Below are positions 1 through 7,018 of a stretch of 12,075 bases of DNA, in pieces. Every line of letters starts with the position of its first letter. Position 1 is the first letter of the stretch. The notes under the pieces were generated by a model. It worked only from the letters and a program-made list of their open reading frames with translations, ran no database searches and was not told where the DNA came from. Source of the DNA: Promethearchaeota archaeon (lineage in GTDB: Archaea > Asgardarchaeota > Thorarchaeia > Thorarchaeales > Thorarchaeaceae); assembly GCA_027031765.1 (NCBI GenBank), contig JALVPN010000136.1, positions 1 through 12,075 of the forward strand. Direction: 5' to 3'. The translations under genes were made by a program, and so were the position numbers.

Positions 1-24
1 GAGTGGGAGGGGTCCGCAGGATGG

Positions 25-37
25 GAAAAGTTCATAT
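25..37 (+). promoter_or_regulatory. Putative archaeal BRE/TATA element upstream of the ABC operon
   Basis: GAAAAG-TTCATAT is an AT-rich island in GC-rich DNA resembling purine-rich BRE + TATA. Not experimentally supported. Confidence 0.4.
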
Positions 38-180
38 CGGGAGTTGGTAGCGGATGTGGCTGGTGTCCCAGAATGAGAGAGGGCCAGTGATTCAAGTCCA
101 GCACATGTGTGGAAGGCCTCACAGAGGTGAGTTTCTCTTCTCAGACGATGACACGGTCCTCTTCTCTGGAGGTATTCTCG

Positions 181-1170
181 TTGCGAGCAGCAGTTGAGAT
201 TGACAGACTAACGAAGACATTTGTGAGCACACGCAGGAGGGCCTTGGTGGTACCTGTCAGCAAGAAGACGGTCCACGCGTTGAAGGAGGTGACCCTAGAC
301 ATACCGCGTGGGACTGTGCACGGGCTGCTGGGGCCGAACGGGGCTGGGAAGACGACGCTGGTCAAGTGTCTAGCGACCCTCGTGCTGCCGACGTCTGGGA
401 CGGCGAGGGTGATGGGCTATGACATACTCCGTCAGCCGGACCATGTACGTGCTACGATTGGCGTGTGCCAGGGCAATGAGCGGAGCATATACTGGAAGCT
501 GACCGCACGGGAGAACCTTGTCTTCTTCGGGAGGCTCTACAGACTTACGGGTAGTGAGGCCAAGGAGAGGGCTGACGAACTGCTGGGGCAGATGGGACTC
601 CTTGACAGGGCTGACGACAAGGTGGAGGACCTGAGCCACGGGATGCGGATGAAGATCGTCTTTGCGCGGGCGCTGCTCCACGGACCGCCCGTGCTCCTGC
701 TGGACGAGCCGACGCAGGGCCTGGACCCGACCTTTGCGACTGACCTGAGGAGGTACATCAGGGACCGCCTCAGCGACAGGACCATCCTGCTGACGACACA
801 CTACATGCACGAGGCCGACATGTTGTGCGACAGGATTGCGCTCATCAACGAGGGCGAGATCAAGAGCCTTGGGACACCGCACGAGCTGAAGGAGCGTGTG
901 CGGGACTATGACAGCCTGCACGTAAGTGTCCGGGGTGAGCCGGACGTCGCACGGCTGCGGGGCATTGACGGTGTCATCAACTGCACCGAGAGGCGCCGGG
1001 ACACGCATGTGGAGCTGGTGCTGACAGCACATGACGGCTACGAGCTTGCTCACAGGGTGCTCGACCTGTTGCATGACATGCCGGGCGTCAAGGTCGAGAA
1101 CTTTGAGGTTAGAGAGCCCACCCTCGATGACGTGTTCTTACAGCTGACCGGGAGGAGGATTGAGGACTGA
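181..1170 (+). CDS. ABC transporter ATP-binding protein (ABC-2/DrrA-like exporter ATPase)
   Basis: Walker A GPNGAGKT, signature LSHGM, Walker B LLLDEP, H-loop TTHYM, C-terminal extension ending EPTLDDVFLQLTG. Start TTG 181 preferred because GGAGGT lies at 168-173; GTG 109 and ATG 148 are in-frame alternatives. Confidence 0.95.
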   Translation: MRAAVEIDRLTKTFVSTRRRALVVPVSKKTVHALKEVTLDIPRGTVHGLLGPNGAGKTTLVKCLATLVLPTSGTARVMGYDILRQPDHVRATIGVCQGNERSIYWKLTARENLVFFGRLYRLTGSEAKERADELLGQMGLLDRADDKVEDLSHGMRMKIVFARALLHGPPVLLLDEPTQGLDPTFATDLRRYIRDRLSDRTILLTTHYMHEADMLCDRIALINEGEIKSLGTPHELKERVRDYDSLHVSVRGEPDVARLRGIDGVINCTERRRDTHVELVLTAHDGYELAHRVLDLLHDMPGVKVENFEVREPTLDDVFLQLTGRRIED

Positions 1171-2063
1171 TGGCACAGACGACAGTTGAGACCACGGGGC
1201 AGGCGCTCCCACCGGGCCCTGCACGCACTGACTTCACGCCGCGACTGGTAGACTGGACAGCCGCGTGGCTCGTCGCAGAGAAGGAGCTCCGTGTCTCCCT
1301 CAGGTATCCCGCCAACTTCATCGCTTGGGCTGTGATGCCAATCCTCTGGCAGGCGCCCATGATCCTCATGGCGGTGGCCATTGGCGGAGACCTCACGCAC
1401 TTCACCGAGCTGTCCGGCTTCAGCGACTTTGTGAGGTTCACGGTGATCGGCTGGTTCGTCGCGTCGTACCTTGACAACAGCATCTGGGCAGTGGGCAACA
1501 ACTTCCGGTGGGAACAGTTCGGTGGTACGCTTGAGTCCCTTTTCTGTGCGCCGGTGCCACGGGTCAGTCTGATGCTGGGGGCTGCCGTGGCGAGCACGGT
1601 GACGGCGACGATTGAGGCGACCCTCATGCTGGCGTTCGCCTGTGGGGTCTTTGGCACTGGGTATGCGATATCGACAATCGGGCCGGTCATAGTCGTGTTG
1701 ATAGCGATGATTGTCGCCCTGCATGGCCTCAGTTTCATGCTTGCAGGGATAATCATCGTGTTCAAGGACCCCAGTGTGCTCACGGAGTTCGTGGCCACGG
1801 TCACCCGTGTGCTCACACCCATCAGTTATCCGGTCAGTGCGCTACCGCGCTGGGCAAGGTGGGTGGCCTATCTCATGCCATCGGCACTGGCCCTCGTCGC
1901 AATCCGGTACTTTGCAATCAGTGGCACCTTCGACGTCGTGATATTCTTGCAGACGCTCGTTGGGCTCGGCCTCCTCTCCGTGTTCTTCTGGAGTGTGGGA
2001 CTTGTGACTTTCAGGGCGGCCGAACGCTGGACGCGTGACCGCGGGCACATTGGAGGGTTCTGA
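1170..2063 (+). CDS. ABC-2 type transporter permease
   Basis: About six hydrophobic segments, motifs KELRVSLRYP and EQFGGTLESLFCAPVPR typical of ABC-2 permeases; ATG overlaps the ATPase stop (TGATG). Confidence 0.92.
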   Translation: MAQTTVETTGQALPPGPARTDFTPRLVDWTAAWLVAEKELRVSLRYPANFIAWAVMPILWQAPMILMAVAIGGDLTHFTELSGFSDFVRFTVIGWFVASYLDNSIWAVGNNFRWEQFGGTLESLFCAPVPRVSLMLGAAVASTVTATIEATLMLAFACGVFGTGYAISTIGPVIVVLIAMIVALHGLSFMLAGIIIVFKDPSVLTEFVATVTRVLTPISYPVSALPRWARWVAYLMPSALALVAIRYFAISGTFDVVIFLQTLVGLGLLSVFFWSVGLVTFRAAERWTRDRGHIGGF

Positions 2064-2064
2064 T

Positions 2065-2976
2065 GTGAGCGACGACCGTGGAGGCCCTGACGACATGACG
2101 GGAAACAGTGAAGAGGACGGCATTCATGAACGCATGATGGCACGTCGCAACATAGTGACAGAGCTGAGGGCGGCGAGTGCGATTGCGGTCAAGCAGTGGC
2201 GCGTTGAGTTCGCGTATCCACTCACCGTCCTGTGGTTCGTCCTCTTGCCAGTGATGTGGATGCTGCCATACTTCATCACAGGAGTGGCCCTTACCGGGGC
2301 GATGCAGTCACCAGCCCTTGAGGCATCCGTGGGCACCAGTGACTGGGTGAGCTACGTCTCGATTGGCACTGCCTACATGGGGCTGACCCTTTCCATGATA
2401 TGGGGCACCGGGCACGCGTTGAGACGTGAGCAGAACGTTGGCACCCTTGAAACCCTGATGGCGATGCCCGTCAGGCGGGGCACCCTCGTTTGGGGCTCGA
2501 TGCTCCACGAGCTCCAGCACGGGGGCCTGGGAGTGGTACTGCAGCTCGTCGCCTCGGTCTTCCTGTTCGGTGTCAGCCTGAATGCGTGGGGTGTCCTACC
2601 TGCCCTCGCCATAGTCGCACTGTCAGTGATCGGACTGCAGGGGATTGCGTTCGCAGTAGCATGCATTGTGCTCGTCGCAAAGCGGGGCTGGATGCTCACG
2701 GAGGTTCTGGGTGACATCATGATACTGGTAGCGCCGATGGCGTACCCGATTGCGGTGCTGCCGCCAGTGCTCCAGTACATCTCTGTGGCCTCCCCCCTCA
2801 CGTGGTCTGTAGAGGGGTTCCGTGGGTGTCTGATGTACGGCCTCGCCTACGAGGGGCTGCTGCGTGCCGTCATGGCGCTCGTCATACTGGACACGGTGTA
2901 CCTGACAATAGGGGTGCTGATGTTCATGGCCACCGAGAGGTGGGTGCGTAAGAGGGGCGCCCTAGCACAGTTCTAG
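2065..2976 (+). CDS. ABC-2 type transporter permease (second, paralogous subunit)
   Basis: REQNVGTLETLMAMPVRR, YPIAVLP and SPLTW motifs; multi-TM profile; resembles the preceding permease. Start uncertain: GTG 2065 (GGAGG at 2052-2056) or ATG 2095 (GGAGG at 2080-2084). Confidence 0.9.
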   Translation: MSDDRGGPDDMTGNSEEDGIHERMMARRNIVTELRAASAIAVKQWRVEFAYPLTVLWFVLLPVMWMLPYFITGVALTGAMQSPALEASVGTSDWVSYVSIGTAYMGLTLSMIWGTGHALRREQNVGTLETLMAMPVRRGTLVWGSMLHELQHGGLGVVLQLVASVFLFGVSLNAWGVLPALAIVALSVIGLQGIAFAVACIVLVAKRGWMLTEVLGDIMILVAPMAYPIAVLPPVLQYISVASPLTWSVEGFRGCLMYGLAYEGLLRAVMALVILDTVYLTIGVLMFMATERWVRKRGALAQF

Positions 2977-3016
2977 ACCTCAGCTAGTGGGACTCACTGA
3001 CAGCGCCGGGGTACCG

Positions 3017-3727
3017 TCACGTTGGCACCCGGACCTTGGTGACGCCTTCAGTGTAGAGCCTGGCCGGTTCGTTGCGCAACGAGCCCACCAGTGTGAGACC
3101 ACCACGCGACGCCGTCCGGATGCCGGCAGTGGTGGCCACTGCGAGGGAGCCCAGCACAAGTATCCCAGCCTCAAGGGCCTTCTCCACCATGGTGCCAGTG
3201 AGCCGCCCGGACACTACGGCGACACAACGACTGGGACACAGGCCACCAAGGACAGCAAGGCCGATGGCCTTGTCAAGTGCGTTCAACCGGCCGATGTCCT
3301 CGGCGAAGAAGACCTCACGGTCGGTCGGGCTGCACAGGACGGCTGCATGCGCTGCACCCGTGGCCCTGTGGACGACTTGGCGTTCCTGGAGCGCGGCCGC
3401 ACACGAGAACAGCGATGTCAGTGAGACCGACCGCAACGGGGGGCACGGCCCTGTCGTTGGCCTGTGTTCGATGACGCACTCGACACGGCCGCTGGTGACA
3501 CGGGTCACACGCACGGCACTCGGGTCACGGACAATGCCCGTGGACAGTAGATGGCCGACACACAGCTCACGTTCGTGTCCTGGTAGGTAGGGGAGCGTGA
3601 CTATGGGCCGCCCCTCGACGACGAGCTCCAGGGCCTCCTCGATGGCGACCCAGTCGGGTTCGGGCTTCCTGCCAGTGCGTGTGATGACAATGGTCGTGAC
3701 CTGTCGGGACTGCTGTGGTGGGCCCAT
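3017..3727 (-). CDS. fdhD: FdhD/FdsC-family formate dehydrogenase accessory (sulfurtransferase-like) protein, atypical
   Basis: VAIEEALEL, LPGHERELCVGHL, TGAAHAA, AEDIGRLNALDKAIG and SGRLTGTMVEKA match FdhD family blocks. The CGxC loop is absent and GRHN reads GRLN. Confidence 0.88.
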   Translation of the reverse strand: MGPPQQSRQVTTIVITRTGRKPEPDWVAIEEALELVVEGRPIVTLPYLPGHERELCVGHLLSTGIVRDPSAVRVTRVTSGRVECVIEHRPTTGPCPPLRSVSLTSLFSCAAALQERQVVHRATGAAHAAVLCSPTDREVFFAEDIGRLNALDKAIGLAVLGGLCPSRCVAVVSGRLTGTMVEKALEAGILVLGSLAVATTAGIRTASRGGLTLVGSLRNEPARLYTEGVTKVRVPT

Positions 3728-3750
3728 GGGCTGGTGACTGGTGCCGGCGT

Positions 3751-3758
3751 CTTATCAG
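3751..3758 (-). promoter_or_regulatory. Possible TATA-like element (CTGATAAG on minus strand) for fdhD
   Basis: Ends 23 nt before the fdhD ATG (3727), a spacing that fits a leaderless archaeal transcript; same octamer also at 6980-6987. Confidence 0.3.
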
Positions 3759-3830
3759 TGTGAGGGGAGCGGACAGGGCACCACACGTTGCGGGACCGAA
3801 GGGTGTGCCCGATGAGGGGCATGCGGGACG

Positions 3831-3840
3831 ACAATTATAT
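3831..3840 (+). promoter_or_regulatory. BRE/TATA-like element (ACAA-TTATAT) for the MFS gene
   Basis: Only strongly AT-rich patch in the fdhD/MFS spacer; TTATAT ends 24 nt before ATG 3865, which fits a leaderless mRNA. Confidence 0.55.
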
Positions 3841-3844
3841 GGCC

Positions 3845-3858
3845 GGACTGTCAGGACA
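3845..3858 (+). repeat. 14-bp direct repeat, copy 1 (GGACTGTCAGGACA)
   Basis: Identical to 5347-5360; lies between the TATA-like box and the MFS ATG. Confidence 0.85.
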
Positions 3859-3864
3859 CGGCCA

Positions 3865-5364
3865 ATGGCACCTAGCGACACAACACCCCCTGTCCGGCCG
3901 ACCAGAGTGCCGGGACCAATGGTGATAGCGGCGGCAACTGGTCTCGGGGTATTCCTGTCTGCGCTGGACTCGTCAATAGTCAACGTGTCACTGGTCACGG
4001 TGGCCCGGGACCTCGCTGTAGGGCGCGAAGAGATACAGTGGGTGGTGGTGGCATACCTGCTCGTGTACACCGCGTTCATGCCCCTGATGGGCAAGGTGGG
4101 TGACAGGCTGGGCCTGGAACGGGTGTTCCAGAGTGGAATGGTGCTCTTCATGGCAGGCTCGCTGATGTGTGCCCTGTCGCACTCGTTGGTACAGCTGGTC
4201 GTTGCCCGGCTGTTCCAGGCGTTGGGTGCGAGCATGATGGCAGCAAACGGCCTGGCGCTGATCGCCTACTTCACGACGCCGGAAGACCGTGGGCGTGCCA
4301 TGGGCCTGAACTCGGTCGTCCTTGCTGCTGCACTGGCAATGGGGCCCGTGATTGGCGGCGTCCTCAGTGAGCACTTCGGCTGGCCCAGTATATTCCTCGT
4401 CAACCTGCCGGTGGGACTGGTCGGGCTCGTATTCTTCCACTACGAGGTCGGGGCAACTGAGAGGGATGAGGAGGTCGCATTTGACGTCCCTGGTGCCCTG
4501 CTGCTGCTCGGCGGACTGGCAGTCACTGTGCTGACGGTCTCTCTTGCCAGACGCCTGACGCCGGACTACACCCTCCCGCTGGTCGCCCTTGCCACCCTCT
4601 TCTTTGTCGGCTTCGTCCTCCGCGAGGAGGCGTTCCATACACCCATGATACCGGTCGCACTGATGGCGGACCGGCGCATTGCAACAAGCGTGCTGTCTGC
4701 CCTCCTGATGTTCATTGCAATCGTGCCTGTCACCTACATGTTCCCCTTCTTCCTGCAGGAGGCGCTCGGCTACGACCAGTCAATGACGGGCCTGCTGCTC
4801 GTCGTGCACCCGCTGGTGATCTCCATCGTGGGGCCTGCTGCCGGTCTGATGTCCGAGCGGGTGAGCGGTGCCGCCCAGACATCTGCTGGCCTTGTGCTGG
4901 TGGCCGCCGGTCTCTTTGCAATGGGTGCTGCAACACCACATGTCCCCTCCATGCTTGCTGCAGTCGCAGTAATGGGCGTTGGTACCGCCACGTTCTCTGT
5001 CGCCAACGGAAACTTCGCCATGACCGCGGCGCCCCCACAGCACAGGGGTGTGGTGAGCGCGCTCGTGAACGTGGCACGGACAACGGGCTTTGCCATTGGC
5101 ACCGCAGGCGTGACCGCGGTCTTTGTGGTGGTCTACGGTGTGCTCACCGGGATACCCGGAGGCCCACCCACGATAGATGTGACCGCCTACATACTGACGT
5201 ACAGGGCCGTGGTCTGGACGTTCTCGCTGTTCGCCGTGGCCGGGGCCGTGGTGTCACTCGTCCGGGGCCCGGTCAACAGGACGGGTACGGACGCTGTGGG
5301 AGAGCAGGCCACAGCACACGCACGGGACACAGAGCACCCCGGGACTGGACTGTCAGGACAGTAG
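3865..5364 (+). CDS. MFS drug:H+ antiporter, DHA2 (EmrB/QacA-like, 14-TMS)
   Basis: LSALDSSIVNVSL, motif A-like MGKVGDRLGLERV, VARLFQALGAS, motif C-like GPVIGGVLSEHFGWPSIFLVNLPVG, many TM segments. Start ATG 3865 preferred (TATA spacing); ATG 3919 is an alternative. Confidence 0.93.
   Translation: MAPSDTTPPVRPTRVPGPMVIAAATGLGVFLSALDSSIVNVSLVTVARDLAVGREEIQWVVVAYLLVYTAFMPLMGKVGDRLGLERVFQSGMVLFMAGSLMCALSHSLVQLVVARLFQALGASMMAANGLALIAYFTTPEDRGRAMGLNSVVLAAALAMGPVIGGVLSEHFGWPSIFLVNLPVGLVGLVFFHYEVGATERDEEVAFDVPGALLLLGGLAVTVLTVSLARRLTPDYTLPLVALATLFFVGFVLREEAFHTPMIPVALMADRRIATSVLSALLMFIAIVPVTYMFPFFLQEALGYDQSMTGLLLVVHPLVISIVGPAAGLMSERVSGAAQTSAGLVLVAAGLFAMGAATPHVPSMLAAVAVMGVGTATFSVANGNFAMTAAPPQHRGVVSALVNVARTTGFAIGTAGVTAVFVVVYGVLTGIPGGPPTIDVTAYILTYRAVVWTFSLFAVAGAVVSLVRGPVNRTGTDAVGEQATAHARDTEHPGTGLSGQ
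5347..5360 (+). repeat. 14-bp direct repeat, copy 2 (GGACTGTCAGGACA)
   Basis: Identical to 3845-3858; overlaps the last MFS codons; part of the perfect dyad ACTGTC-AG-GACAGT (5349-5362). Confidence 0.85.
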
Positions 5365-5377
5365 GGGCATGTGCTGG

Positions 5378-5396
5378 GTGACCGGGCCACGGTCGC
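5378..5396. other. Short hairpin between convergent MFS and M48 genes
   Basis: GTGACCG-ggcca-CGGTCGC gives a 7-bp stem with one G-U pair. No U-tract, so a terminator role is unproven. Confidence 0.25.
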
Positions 5397-5415
5397 AGGT
5401 AGCACAACAGTAGGA

Positions 5416-6744
5416 CTAGAGCCCGACAGCGTCGACCAGGACGAGTACACGCTGTGCGTAGCTCGGGTGGTCGCTTGTCATACTGTGCTGTCGCGCCTGC
5501 GCCTCGAACAGGAACCGTCCAGGGTGCTCCTTCAACTCTTTCACGAGTGTGCGGATCTCGTCCTCGGAGAGACGGTGGTCACTGTCCGTGTCAATGGTGC
5601 GCCAGTCGACCGTCGGGACTGGGGGCGCTGTGTCCGCCTGTGTCATCCGCCGCTCCTTCAGCAGGGCTGCGGCCGCGGGCTCTACAGCCGCCCTGATCTG
5701 GTCGTCGGTCAGGGCCACCTCGTAGACCCTGCGCAGGTGCTTGAGCTTGAACATGAGGTACAGTGCGGGGGCCAGTTCTCTCGCTGTGCGCTCGTCCATT
5801 GCTGTCCGTGGGTACTCCTTCACCATGACGAGGAGTTCCTCAACGGTGGGAGGGCCCCGTCGCATGGGGTCGCGTGACTCGAGCCACTCGACCTCCTCCA
5901 GCAGTACGCTCATCGCCTCTGTCCGCTGTCCGAGGTGCACCAAGGCGTTCACCATGTCCACGAGACTTGTCTGTCTCGCAGCCGATATGTCCGCGAGGTG
6001 CTCGGCAATCCTTGAGGCCGTACTGCTGAGTGCCGTCGACACCCAGATGGCCGCTCTTGACAGGAGGAACACCACCCCAAGTATGGCGAGTCTGACCAGT
6101 GCGAGCAGGAGGTCCTTCTGCATGAGCAGCGCGTTCATGACACCCGTGACGAGGACCAGCCACACGTATGCATATGCCACGAGCACCGAGACTGCGGGGA
6201 GTGATGCCAGCAGGGCGATGAAGGAGTCGTGGTTGGCGACATGTCCGAGCTCGTGGGCTACGATTGCCTGCACCTCTTCGGGCCCCAAGAAGTCGAGTGC
6301 ATTCGAGTAGAGCACGACAACAGTGCCGATGAAGGGCAGACTGATGGTCATGGCGTTGGGAATGGGCGAGTCAACAAGATAGATACGTGAGACCGACACG
6401 CCTGCCTGCCTAGCCCTAGCAAGCACCCATTCAACAATCTGTGCACACTGATACCGGCAGGCCCACCCGTCCTCTTCAGGTGTCGGGTAGAGCATCCGGA
6501 CTGACGGGTCGCGGAGCAAGCGTACTGTATTCAGCGTGAGGACAACAGAGTGAAGACACACTGCGAGCACTACCAGTGCCGCTGCCACAGAGGGGTCTGC
6601 GGGTGCGGCCCCTATGCTGACGAACACGGGGTTGGAGTCGTCGAAGCGGAGCAGCGATACTAGTACCAGCTGGGCCACACCGAAAGCTACGAACGCGCCC
6701 AGGGTAACCCACTTGAGGGTGTTGAGTCTTCGGACAGGGTTCAT
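5416..6744 (-). CDS. M48 family (HtpX/Ste24-like) integral membrane zinc metallopeptidase with a large insertion bearing an EF-hand-like loop
   Basis: PIPNAMT, AIVAHELGHVANHD (HExxH at 6241-6255), third ligand SRIAEHLAD (E at 6001-6003), terminal DHPSYAQRV, hydrophobic segments before and after HExxH. Start ATG 6744 preceded by GGTGGAAG. Confidence 0.9.
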   Translation of the reverse strand: MNPVRRLNTLKWVTLGAFVAFGVAQLVLVSLLRFDDSNPVFVSIGAAPADPSVAAALVVLAVCLHSVVLTLNTVRLLRDPSVRMLYPTPEEDGWACRYQCAQIVEWVLARARQAGVSVSRIYLVDSPIPNAMTISLPFIGTVVVLYSNALDFLGPEEVQAIVAHELGHVANHDSFIALLASLPAVSVLVAYAYVWLVLVTGVMNALLMQKDLLLALVRLAILGVVFLLSRAAIWVSTALSSTASRIAEHLADISAARQTSLVDMVNALVHLGQRTEAMSVLLEEVEWLESRDPMRRGPPTVEELLVMVKEYPRTAMDERTARELAPALYLMFKLKHLRRVYEVALTDDQIRAAVEPAAAALLKERRMTQADTAPPVPTVDWRTIDTDSDHRLSEDEIRTLVKELKEHPGRFLFEAQARQHSMTSDHPSYAQRVLVLVDAVGL

Positions 6745-6979
6745 GTCTTCCACCGCGTGTGCACAATGGTCCACGGATGGGAGGCCCACCATTTGAACCC
6801 AGCGCAATAGCACTCAGTGGGCACTGGTCGTGTGGTCGGCAACATGCAACAGGACGGGCGCTCCACACCAGCTACAAGAGCACGACGCGGGGGACACTGC
6901 GTCAGGAGTTTCACAGCACGGTACTGGCACAGGCCCGTGCGGCCCGTGTGGTCGCGGCCCCGGTGCGTGGCCCAGAGCA

Positions 6980-6987
6980 CTTATCAG
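6980..6987 (+). promoter_or_regulatory. Possible TATA-like element (CTTATCAG) upstream of tldD
   Basis: AT-rich patch ending 31 nt before ATG 7019; identical to 3751-3758. Confidence 0.3.
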
Positions 6988-7018
6988 GGGCACATGCGTA
7001 CCGCCGGTGCTGGCGGAG

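Noticed and set aside
370-1822. Long antisense ORFs (370-1074, 1050-1724, 1109-1822) opposite the ABC genes
   Set aside because: Shadow ORFs expected from high GC3 codon bias; no motifs; fully overlap well-supported genes.
3715-3864. 50-aa N-terminal extension of the MFS in the ORF track
   Set aside because: Overlaps the fdhD start and spans the TATA-like box; low-complexity; ATG 3865 fits better.
3988-6310. Antisense ORFs 3988-4638, 5371-5877 and 5741-6310
   Set aside because: Opposite MFS or M48 genes with clear family motifs; no independent coding evidence.
5415-6886. 11/13 match ACTAGAGCCCGAC (5415-5427) vs ACAAGAGCACGAC (6874-6886) flanking the M48 gene
   Set aside because: Two mismatches in 13 nt over a wide search window is within chance expectation.
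6932-6973. GGCCC four times, including GGCCCGTG twice
   Set aside because: Irregular spacing (9, 15, 13 nt) and a very common word at this GC content.
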